Source: Mytilus californianus
Taxonomy: Eukaryota
DNA length: 64,000 nucleotides
Reading direction: 5' to 3'
Assembly: GCF_021869535.1 (NCBI RefSeq)
Contig: NW_026262604.1
Span: 18,786,001 to 18,850,000, forward strand
Shown here piece after piece: positions 13,701 through 25,290 of this stretch. The translations under genes were made by a program, and so were the position numbers. Position 1 is the stretch's first letter, and every line of letters begins with the position of its first letter. Below the pieces are notes generated by a model. The model did no database searches. It was given only the letters and a program-made list of their open reading frames with translations, and was not told the DNA's origin.

Positions 13701-14115
13701 TTGACCTCCAAAGTAGAAGACGTTCAATTATAACTTTTCTGTTATATAGTGACACGAATATTGTTCTTGTTAATAAATTTGTTAATTTCTGTTTCAATTT
13801 TGAATTTTAGATTTACAACTTTGCGAAATTAAACTGGTTCGAACTATTTTGATAAAAACTGACAGGGAGGTTCATGGAAGAGCCTACACAAACGCTCTTC
13901 ACTTATACACATCGAACATAGAAATTACAGTAATTGTCCTAATCAGAATCGAAATAATTGATGCAAGCTATACTTTATTGTAGTTGTAACATGGGTAGGC
14001 ATTATATTCGTGTTATTTTAACCCTCGCTATCGCTCGAGCAAAAATAATCACGAATATAATGCCTACCCATGTTAAAACTAAAATAAAGTATAGCTTGCA
14101 TAAATTATTTCTTAA
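10724..14115 (+). mobile_element. Crypton-type tyrosine-recombinase DNA transposon, decayed
   Basis: Two-exon ORF (11228-11699, 12537-13677) with TKQQTDWGVRLF, DYSKSALVGIRAAISRHL, TLQNKVFW, NFGRRGQEGL, CPVASLDFYL, NHCIKDT and VTGHRNIESLESY. Frameshift near 12555 and in-frame TAA at 13249-13251. Ends TTAAGAAATA (10724) and TATTTCTTAA (14115); left boundary is tentative. Confidence 0.8.
13951..14111. repeat. Long imperfect palindrome/hairpin (~68-bp arms) at the right end of the Crypton
   Basis: gaaataattgatgcaagctatactttattgtagttgtaacatgggtaggcattatattcgtgttattt is the near reverse complement of aaataatcacgaatataatgcctacccatgttaaaactaaaataaagtatagcttgcataaattatttc. Confidence 0.92.
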
Positions 14116-16609
14116 ACAATAAAAGTCCAATGTTTTTCGACGAATGAATGAAATAGTTAATGGGAATATTGGTATAGAAAATGATTAGAAATAGATATAA
14201 ATAGTAGGAGTTGTTTGGTATAACTTTTGAAATGGAAAAAGTGTGTGTAAATATATGTGTACGAGTTTTATATCATTTTTTTCTATAACATATTTTTGTT
14301 AAGTTCGTACAAGAAGTATTTTTTGAAATAATATACGTGTATCTACAATGTTATGCAATAAGTATTCGTCACCTGCAATTTGTCAGGATTCTTACGGCAT
14401 TTATTGTGTTATTTTGATAAACCATATTTTGAAAGACACGCCATTTGCAGAACTGTCTGATTTTGTAATATTAATTTAAATCAATTAATTGTTGGGTTTC
14501 AGATGTTTCATTTTATCCTGATATGAACAAGTAAGATATTTTTTTTTTCAATTTAATACCCTTGTGCAAGGATTACAACTTTTTACATTATTGTATTACA
14601 AAAAATCAAGAATTAGTTAACATTGAGAGGAATATATACAGATAAAAGGTTTCTTTAGAAATCTTACAATAAAATATCTTCTATAAGCAATTTTATACAT
14701 CTTTAAAATAATTTTGATATTTACAAAAGTATCTTATATAAGTATTTAAGGTAGATGAAGGTCTAACTTAAATTCAATGGAAAATTTTAATATTTTTCCA
14801 AAACAAAGTTGGGAATAGATTATACAAGGAAACAATTTTGTGTGTTGAAATGATAATTTAACGATAGGATTTTAAAATGAAATATGAGAAAAATAGTTCT
14901 TATAACATGCGTTGAAAAAAGAAATAGAATATAATGGGGTCATACGACTTGCTTTCTTGATTAAAAAAATAGGGAAAATTTTTAACACATTAATTAAGTA
15001 AGACTGTTTTTAGTTATCTCCCCTAATATGACAAGGAGGGGAAGAAATTTAATCAAACAAAACAAATATTCTGTTTTTCTAAAACCAATCGTAATAACAA
15101 GATGAACACATATGCTTTTCTAGATTGAGATGAAAAATCTTAGAAACTAACTACATTCCTTTCATATGACAAACGTCTCCCTTTATTCTTGACCCATTCG
15201 TTATTTTTGTTTATACAATTTACACTGTATTTTGTTCATTTAAATGCACTGACCGTTTGTAAACCGTGACTTTCTAGTCTGTGTCCTGTCCAGTATTAAT
15301 ATATTCCGTAGGCATACTGATTATTTACCGAGGGAACCAATCTAACTTTATACAGTCGCTCGCTGTATACAATCTTGTTTTGGACGTTGATATTCGATAG
15401 TAGTGAAAGAATTCTTCTAGGTCCGCTTCAAATTAATAATTTGGTCCAAATTGTTTCATTGTGCACAGTTTTATCAGTTGCATTATAAACCAGAATTATC
15501 AAACATAATGAACATGATCTCTAAAACATAAAACTTATTTGCGCTGACTCAAGATAATAATGCTCGACAGAGTCTCGTATTCTACTTGTCGCAATTCTAT
15601 AATTTGAGACAATGTATTGTTATTCTTTATTTAATGACATATTTATTGTAAAAAAACATAACCTGAACAAGAAAGAGATTCTAATCTTCTGAAAATTCAA
15701 CCATTAATACCATGTTTAAAATTGCCGTTGAAAGTTTCTAATCCATGTGCGCAGTCCTACAATTTATCTTTTAAATAATTATCGATTGCACACTGTGCAT
15801 TAGAATTAAAATTTTCAAGTATTATCAAAAAATCTGTCAATAAACTAATAAGAAATCTTTCATCCGAAAATAACATGTTATAATGTTGATGCCTCCGAAG
15901 AGCTTTTTGTGATATTCCTACACCAGGAACTCTCAAACCCAGAAATCTGAAAGCTAACGCATGATAAGAATTAATCTAAGTACAGGGAGACAGCTATTCG
16001 ACAAAAAAGACCCCCACCCCCAAAAAAAAACCAGCTAAATTTATCCAAGTTTAACAGGGAGTTTGAACCGTAGTTTTTAATAATTCATAAATGTATCAAC
16101 GGCGAATTTAAGAAAGTCATGTTATACTAATGTCGATACTTTAACACTGACTACTGATATGATGATACCCTTTGGGATTTATTTCACCAGCAGCGAACCG
16201 GGTGATGCGAATTTATAATTACAATGTAATAATATTGATATTTAATAATATAATTATTAAATACTATATTGTATTTTGAATTGCATTGTAACCAATTTGC
16301 AAATCATTTAAAGAAATTCACTATCTATTGTAATTTTAAAAACAAAAAAAAATGAATATGCACATTGAATCTATTCATAAAAAGTAAACCATGTCAATTG
16401 TATTATTTCTAATTATTTTGTTTACTGATCCAAAAACAGTTGTTTTAGTTTTGTTTAACATTAGAACTTTGATATTGGAACATAAATCACAAAATAGATA
16501 TCCGTGTGGCAAGTAGTGGAAGAAAAAAAAAACCTAGAAACACTGATTTCCTTTAGGAGTTTGCAATATTTTGAATGCAAACATTTAAAAAAAATATTTT
16601 AATAAAAAT

Positions 16610-19600
16610 ATGGAAAGTGTAGGACGTGGAACTGAAAAGAGGAAATTTAAATGTGCAGATTTTTGCTTTAATCACCATATACCAGAGACATTTGTAATTA
16701 CACAGGTATGTTTTATAAATTATATTGACAAACTCATTGATCTTTATCTACGGTGTATATGCATTATGATAAAAATAAATTTCAAATATTCATACAAGAT
16801 TGATTTAGTAATGATTTCTTAACACGTTTACATTGTATATAGCTTTGAGAAGCTTGATTTCTCTCTACTATGTGATTAAACTTTCAGCTACTTTTTAAAG
16901 AGTTAACTCCCTTAGGTGTTCTGTACCCTCTTAACACATTCACATTGTATATAGTAAATGTTTTGAAGAGTTACAAAAAGATGTTTCCTCCAGTTTTCTT
17001 TGTTTTATAGAATCATTTGAGGACTCACATTTAAAAACGTTGCATTTACATTTCAGACTTGTACATGTAGATGTGGCGGTGGTTTTTGGTATACAGCGTG
17101 GACTACATTATGCATGCTGTGGCATATTTCCTGGTTTATATATAGTTACATAAGACAACCTACCGATTTCTTTATTTATCTGACTAATTGGGGATACTCA
17201 CTGCTTTTGTTATCTAACATCATAGACTGCTTTGCAACCTGCTATTTTCACCTTTTTGGGAAAGAAAAGTTAATACAAAATAATGGTGAGTGATAGTATT
17301 GATGCAACCGTACCTCGTGTTATCTCTGTGTTAAACGCAGGAATTCGGAAAGGTTCGGAGAGCCACTAGATCTGGCTTCAAAAGTTGGTCATTTATGAAG
17401 TTAATCATGTTTTTGAAAAGAACTTTTAAGTTGATTTTTGGAAATGGAGGTTCCAGGATTTTCAACATGGGGAAGGGGATCACCTTAGCTGTATTTGGCA
17501 AAACCTTTCGGAATGTTTGGTCCTCATTGGTCTTCAACTTCGTACTTTATTTGTCATCTTTAATTTTTTTGATTCGAGCCTAATTTATGAGTCTTTTGTA
17601 GACGAAACGCGCGTCTGGCGTACACAGTTTTAATCCTTGTATCTAAAATGAGTTTATTTAGCAATTTGATTCCATGTTAGCGAACTGCGTTTTTTTAAAG
17701 TCTCCAAGCCAACAGTTTTCATTTACTCTGCATGGTCAATTTGTTTCCGATCTATCTTAAATGTCTGAAGAACAAATAGTAAGTATAATCAAAGAAGGTC
17801 TGGATGGGGTTTACAGAAAAGAGAATAATGGACAAACTGTGCAGTATAAAGGGCTCACAAAATAAAGAATAGAGAAAGTAGGCCCAAAAAATAAAGCATA
17901 GAGAATAATTGGGCGTTAAAATATAAAGAATAGAGAATTACAGTCAAAATCTATAAAGAATAGAGAAAAATGGCCTAAAAAATTATATAATAGGGAAATG
18001 AAGACCCCCCTCCATCCACAACCATATCAAACGTAACAGCTACAGCGGAATACATGCAGCTTTGAAATCAGTTATAGACATATCACAAATTAAATTTAGT
18101 TTTTAAGATTTAATAAAATTGAGAATGGAAATGGGGAATGTGTCAAAGAGACAACAACCCGTCCATAGAGCAGACAACAGCCGAAGGCCACCAATGGGTC
18201 TTCAATGCAGCGAGAAACTCCCGCACCCGGAGGCGTCCTTCAGCTGGCCCCTGAACAAATATGTATACTAGTTCAGTGATAATGGACGTCATACTAAACT
18301 CCAAATTATACACAAGAAACTAAAATTAAAAATGATACAAGACTAACAAAGGCGCCAGAGGCTCCTGATTTGGGACAGGCGCAAACATGCGGCGGGTTTA
18401 AACATGTTTTTTGAGATCTCAACCCCCCCCCCCCCCCCTATACCTCTAGCTAATGTAGAAAAAAACAAACGCACAACAGTACGCACAGTAAAACTCAGTT
18501 TAAGAGAAGTCCGAGTCCGATGTCAGAATAGGAAACCAAAGAAAATAAACAAAATGACAATAATACATAAATAACAACAGACTACTAGCAGTTACTGACA
18601 TGTCAGCTCCAGACCTCAATTAAACTGATTTAAAGATTATGTCTTCATCACATGAATATCAGGCACAATCCCTCCTGTTAGGGGTTTAGTATTATACCAT
18701 CATAAAATATATGAGAAGAACATAACCCGTGTCATGCCAACAACTGGTTTTAGAATAAATATGTTTAATTCCGATGCAAAGACCCTATAAGTGAATCAAT
18801 ATTAAAGCCAAAATATGCAATCTTTAATGACCTGACAACAGTATCGTAACTATATCCCTTCTTAATAAGTCTGTTTAAAGGTTTTGTTAGCTTTTGAGGT
18901 GAATACTGACATTTTTGTGCTTTTAAAAGAATATTACCATAAAAGATTGGATGTGAAATACCCGAACGTATAAGATGTCTGCATGTTGAGTTATATTTAC
19001 GAATGATGTCCTTATACCGATGATAAAATTTAGTAAATGTTTTGACTAGTTTATGATATCGAAAACCCTGGTGTAATAATTTTTCAGTAATACATAAATT
19101 TCTCTCGCTAAAATCTAATACGTTGTTACATACACGAGCGAATCGTACAAGTTGAGATATATAAACACCATTAAAATTTACATTCCATGTAGATAACAAA
19201 ATTAACAATAATTAGCAGTATCGTCATTACCTGAGCATATTTCAAATCCTGGTGTTGGCCTTATTACTGTCACAGAGAGCATATAGACTTAACTGTTTAG
19301 AAATGAAATCATAGAAGCGCCAGCGTATATGTTTATTACTTGAGTTTATAAGATATATACCTTAGATTACGCCGTATTCTTATTAAATTAAATGGTTATA
19401 TAATGCATGGTTTTACCGCCAAAATGAAAAGTGGTATGATTTCCAGAGACGAATATCCACCAGAGTCTGAATGCCGTGAATTTTAACAATTAAAGGTCAC
19501 CTTACGACCTCAAACAAAAACCCATACCGTGTAGTCGGTTGTAAAAGGCCCCGAAGTGATAAAATGTGAATGATTCAAACAAGAAAACCAACGGCCTGAT

Positions 19601-21691
19601 TTACGACAAGAAAATTAAACCAACAGCACTGTACCGTTCATTTTTTTCTTTCTAACATTTTTACTTTCAAAATTCAATGAATGATTGATTGTACCTATAT
19701 GTATAGTTTCATAAGTGCTGATCCAATTTCTGTTGATAGATAATGAGCCTAAATGTGATATTGTGTACTTTTTGCTGTGCAGAAATTAACATTTGTGTAT
19801 AAATAATCAAGACTTGTTATTGTAGAACGGAAAATGCCATGGTATTTATACCTTTCATGGGGTTTCTTTGAAACAAGCAATCCTGTTGCTTTATGTATAA
19901 GTATTGGATACCATGCAGCTAAAGTGGGATTTGGTGTAATGGAATACTGTAAGTACATATGAGGTTCTGGATGGAGTTTACATAATAAAGAATAATAGGC
20001 AAAAAATGCAGACTAATAGGCAAAAAATGCAGAATAATGGACCAAAAAAAAAAAAGAAAAGAATACAGAAATGAAGTGCCCCTATCCAAACCCTCACATA
20101 TGGCGTTCGATATTCCAAAGATGTATTGAAATTTAATTGCTAGTTTGGAATCACTAGATAACAACATGATAGCATGGACAGTTAACTCTAACCAAATGTT
20201 AATGTGTTGCCCATGAGACGTTGCCTATAACATACATTTATCATTTACGGATAACTAGTCATATTATATGTTATTTAGGTCTCAGACAGGGTATATACAT
20301 GCAGCTTCTTTCATTGGTACAAGTGGATTATCCACAAGATTCTATGTAAGAATCAGTTTCTCTTATGATCATCAAATAATTTTTCATTTTTGATAAACGA
20401 AAATTCCCTTCGAGTGCCTTCCTTATTCCGGATTTCTACGTCATACAAATATAAAGAAATCACTTTCTTTAACACTAGTTTTGCACATTTTGATTCATAC
20501 AGAGAGCTGATATAGATTGTCACCTTTTAACTTAATCAACATCAGCAACCACAAATTGATTATTTTTTTTTAAAATGGGTCCAGAAAATGATAAATTGCT
20601 AAAGAATTAGAGAAATTATGTGTATATGATATATACACTGAAATTCTGATACCTGAATTACATATATATTACGGATTACCCCCGCCTTACTGTATTTTCC
20701 AGTACCAAGTACTTGTTGAACATTCACCATGCAGTATAAATATTTAGTACATGTTTCTTTATATTATATCTTTTACTTAAATAAATTTTTCTATAATATT
20801 TTTGCAATAAAGTATTTACCTTTTATATGCACTGGTTGTATGTTAGTGATTTTTTATGTATTTTGACCACAAGAAATATTGATATGCAACCTGATAATTA
20901 ATTCATTGTGTGACGCATAATAAATGTTTGGGGCCTCGTTCGCCGTCTGGACTAAGTAGTTCTCTTCTGTATCTGTAGGCTATAGTCGTGAGTTTGAACC
21001 CCCTACGTGGCAGGTGCGTTTGACTCTAATGTTAATTGACTAGGATTTTCAATTTTCTTGCCGAAGGTCGGTGGTTCTCACACACATATGCATTTATGAT
21101 CAAATATCATGAACATATCATACACAAAATAAAAACATTTGAAAAGGTACATTTTGAATTTAGCTTATATAACATACTAGTACTAGTATATGTTACTAAT
21201 TTTATTTTTTTTCAGCTTCCACTCTATCAAGCATCGAGTTTCACATTGGGAATTCTGTCTATGTCATTCTGAATATGATTATATGTGCCAAGGAAGTACG
21301 TTTTCACCACGTGGTTTATTCCATGGTTTTTGGTATAATTTATGGGATATTTTCATTGATTTATCAACGTGTCTTTGAAAACGACCTTATATATCCGCCA
21401 TTAGATTGGGAAAAGTCGACAACATTCTACCTATTTGCAGCAATAATAATTATTGGAATCCCTTATGTATATATTGTATTTATTTTCGCACTGTTTTGGG
21501 TGCGTTTACATTGCCGTCAATTATATGACATGCGTTTTCAATGGTGGCCATTATGTGTCGAGCGTCTTCATTGCTGTCGATTAAGTAACAAAGTGGCGGA
21601 TGACTTCAATGTAGACAACACATGTACAGTTAGAAGAATAAACCACAATAGGACAAATGTGACGAGTGTAATGACAGTCGAAGATATTTAA
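16610..21691 (+). CDS. rost: Protein rolling stone-like multi-pass membrane protein, paralog 2; exons 16610-16705, 17057-17285, 19826-19948, 21216-21691 (307 aa)
   Basis: Canonical GT-AG introns with the same phases as paralog 1 (96+229+123+476=924 nt). Motifs FCFNHHIPETFVITQ, FFIYLTNWGY, MPWYLYLSW, IEFHIGNSVYVILN and LIYPPLDW. Exon 3 is 123 nt in both paralogs. Confidence 0.87.
17450..17660 (+). mobile_element. pLTR-like repeat with a mutated hammerhead core
   Basis: TTTATGA-GTCTTTTGTAGAC-GAAA-CGCGCG-TC-TGGCG at ~17585-17620. Homologous to 7930-8160. Confidence 0.6.
18115..19190 (-). mobile_element. 5'-truncated Penelope-like element: RT C-terminus plus 3' repeat
   Basis: ORF 18765-19208 encodes NGVYISQLVRFARVC...LLHQGFRYHKLVKTFTKFY (RT thumb region). 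It is followed by the repeat ending ...ttccccatttccattctcaattt, which recurs at ~4505, ~47450, ~48500 and ~49375. Confidence 0.75.
20932..21075 (+). mobile_element. tRNA-derived SINE-like remnant
   Basis: GC-richer segment with a B-box-like GTGAGTTTGAACCCC followed by ...gccgaaggtcggtggttctc. Confidence 0.45.
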
Positions 21692-21754
21692 CCGAATATA
21701 AAGAATGAAAAATTTTGTTGCAGAATTACCAGAAATGAGTGTATTATTGGTTAA

Positions 21755-22112
21755 CGATGTTCGCTCCTCTGTTTTAAAATAACAAGCTTTTTAAAAGACT
21801 GATATAAATTGATAGTATATGAATAATGGTACTTTAAAAGCAGAAAAAAATAATAAATGTCCCTGTCCTTGTTTTTGAGTTAAAAGCAATTAAAATTTGG
21901 CGGGAAATGATTTTTAACATTTTTCAAAAACTATGAAAACATATTAAGGATTTTATTCGGTTTAAAAAAAAATAGCTTTTGAAATTATACGTAATAAAAT
22001 TATGAAAAGAAAATTGGGGTTAGCGGGAAAAATGTTTTATGACCTTAAATGGATAAAACTAGAGAATTTGGAATATCTGACAAAAGATCAACAACAAGAA
22101 TGGCAAACATAC
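21755..22112. mobile_element. Kolobok-like MITE in the 3' UTR of paralog 2, opposite orientation to the 9452 copy
   Basis: TTAA flanks at 21751-21754 and 22113-22116. Left end CGATGTTCGCTCCTCTGTTTTAAAATAACAAG; body matches the reverse complement of 9452-9814. Confidence 0.6.
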
Positions 22113-22830
22113 TTAATGGGATATTTTTGTACATGCTGAAAGTGAAAACGTTTTCTGTCAGTGTAACACAGTATATATGCAATTAATTCTTGAGGACCAT
22201 TGTTAACACTATCCTCCGATACTAATGTTTTCATTATATTATCATATTATTTACCTTATCGTACAATTAGCAGTCACTTACTTCTTTTTAAAGCCTCTTG
22301 CGAGAGTTATGGAACCTATTTAGTTTGTTCTTATGTCGTTGTATTACACCAGTTTCTCAGGTTATGGGAAGGATTTGGCGCAAGCAAACATGTTTCACTC
22401 CGCCATATTATGTATGTCCCTGTCCAAAGTCAGTCACCCGTAATTCAGTGGTTGTCGTTTGTTGCTGTATATCATGTAAACGCAGGTCTGGGCAACCACA
22501 TCGTTACTCTCGTGATTTTGAAATAGATCCACAAAGTTGTCGGTATCAGATGAATTAAAAATTCTGACAGGCAAAACTTAGCACACGGAACCATAATTTA
22601 TTTGCAGGTATATAAAATATAAAAATATCTATGTAGTTTTATTTACCAGCTAGTTTCATGATTTTGTTTTTGTATCATTAAAGTATATCATTTATTGTTG
22701 CTAGTTGCTTTTATTCTTAAACATTTAATGGTTTCGCTTATTGCCACTTTATTGATGTCAGTTGAATATTTCGAAGTTGAGATTATATGCTTTTCCACAT
22801 TTCATAAACTTGAAAGAAAAATAATTGAGT

Positions 22831-22992
22831 GTAAAGTATTACTGTATATATATGTACGTGACTTGTACATGTAAAGTATTACTGTATATATATGTACGTG
22901 ACTTGTACATGTAAAGTATTACTGTATATATATGTACGTGACTTGTACATGTAAAGTATTACTGTATATATATGTACGTGACTTGTACATGT
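22831..22992. repeat. Perfect 40-bp tandem repeat, 4 copies
   Basis: gtaaagtattactgtatatatatgtacgtgacttgtacat x4. Confidence 0.95.
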
Positions 22993-25290
22993 GTAAACTA
23001 TATACTTCTATAAAACATTTTCATATTTTTAATTCAGATGTCTCTGGTTCATGTTTTATAATCATAAAATATTGCATTTTATTCTTGTTGGATGTATTTT
23101 TCTTCTAATAGATATCAAAAATCCATTGTCGACAGAAGACTGGAGTTATCATCCATCTAAAAAATAATATTCTTTTTATTTGCTTGACTTGACTGACCAA
23201 ACGGGAATCATTTGCGGAACAAAAATAGCCCGCCATTCTAGATCATGCGTGTCACCCTAAATTTTTTGTGGATGCAGACTATAGGTTTTTTTTTCATTTC
23301 TTTCTTCTGTCAATCGATCTGTTAGCCGTCTTTATTCGACTTATTATTTGAAAGCCTCTATCTTTTTTCTCAATTCAACTTCCTTTTATAGAAAAGAAAC
23401 AGTTCGTGGTTATCTTTATTGAAGGCATATGAATAGCTAAGAGTAATCATTTTTCTCTTTCAATAAAACCTGGCCACCTCGATATAGTCAAGAGTGCTGA
23501 AATTGGATTTTGATCAGCAACAATGAAACATTAAGTCTACAACAATAAACAGTCGTCTATAAATATATATACACTATTGAAAACTCTAAATCCCCGCAAT
23601 TCTAAACTAGTCTGAATAATTCAAACTATAAAAAAATAAATCATCGGAATTGCAAAATTTGTAAATATAAAAAAACAATAAGATATGACAAAAGAAATCA
23701 ACTGACAACTTTCCATTCATGAAGCGAGGATGATTTTATTATTTTTAACACGCTTCATTTTAGATTCGTTAAGTGTCCTGATAACGGTACATAAAAACAG
23801 AAATCTTGTACTTCTGTGGTGTAAATCACCTGTTATAAATCAATAAAGTTAGAAACGTTTAACAATTACAAAATGTACCAATGTTAACTGAACTGCTTTT
23901 AAATATTAATCTAATTGAGATTTACTATTTCATCATTATAAAATTGACCCAAAAAAAGACCATACAAATGTATTCCTGAAATCGAGAAAAGACGGAACTC
24001 AATGAGTTAAAAACGGTTCGCGAAACTGATATGTGTTTGATATTGGCATGTTAAATTCATATATTTATTATATTTCCGTTCATAAATTTTGGCAACATTA
24101 GTTTACCAATTTTCAAATATCATAAATGGTTAAGGAGACACAAGTCAAGATAACAAACAAAAACTGAGTGAATCGTATGAAATCCAAAAGGAAAAAGACC
24201 GGCTGGAATGACGAATTAAGTGTCTTCTGCGATGCTGGTATCACCCGCCATAACGATTGGAGAGAAAAACATTTCAGTATTATTCAATTTTGAGGTCTTA
24301 AGGTAATTTTTTTCTTTTATTTATTTTGTTTGCCATGTTCTCTGTTTGTTATCTTTTTTTTTATTCTGTAAACCCCATCTAGTGTCTCATAAAGCAGTAG
24401 AAATCTATATGTGTAAGGGCATGTTGAGTAAGTAGAACACGAACGATGAATCATGCAGTAGATCGAGACTATTGGGAACTAATAAATCAAGTAGGTGAAC
24501 GAATGCAAAGTGGTTTCCCAGCTGGTGGCACCGGTTTAGTATGAATTACTTTCCCTATCAAAATATGGATATGCTTGTCCCTTCTTCCGTTATTATATTG
24601 ATTATTGTTTTATCGCTGTTCTTAATTGATATATAAAATAGATAAATAAATAAATAACTTATATATTTTCAAACACGTAGAAGAATTAGCAACATTTTCT
24701 GTTAATCGTCTAATTGTTTTATTATTTTTAAATATAATTATCCCTTCAAAATTTTCCGATTCTTCACCCTCACTTTATGACAATTCTTCTTAACGCAGGA
24801 TATACACAATGAAGTTAAACACCAAGTCAAGATAGAAACGTATTACTACTACAGCATACTACGCTTTAGGATGGATTTTATCTCATTTCTTTATTTAACT
24901 ACAATTTATCATACTAGTCTTATATTTTTTTGTATTTACCATAAAACATTTTACCACGATTAAATGGTATAAACAAAATGTCTTCGTTTACTGCATAAGT
25001 TGTCAATTGAAGGTAACTGGATATCTACATGTTTACGTAGATTTCCGCCATTGTTTTCTAAATTTACATTAAACAAAAACTTATGATACTATATTTTTTG
25101 AATGCCTACATAAACACACTTTTCCACAGGTAGATCTGCCTCATATTACAAAACGTAAAAAGATACAAACTTGTCTACCCTCCCTTTTTGTTTATAACCA
25201 TAAATCTTTTGTTAAAAGGTGGACAACATTCCTTTTCTTGTATTAATGAAAAGGAAGTATTTTGTTTCAGAAAAAGTGGAAACTGGGAAC

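Noticed and set aside
22831-22992. CRISPR-like array
   Set aside because: Contiguous identical units with no spacers, in a eukaryotic context.
23051-23167. 38-aa ORF with a signal-peptide-like core (MFYNHKILHFILVGCIFLLI...)
   Set aside because: No usable donor site, and hydrophobic short ORFs are common in AT-rich DNA. Exon 25291-25351 supplies an in-phase signal peptide.
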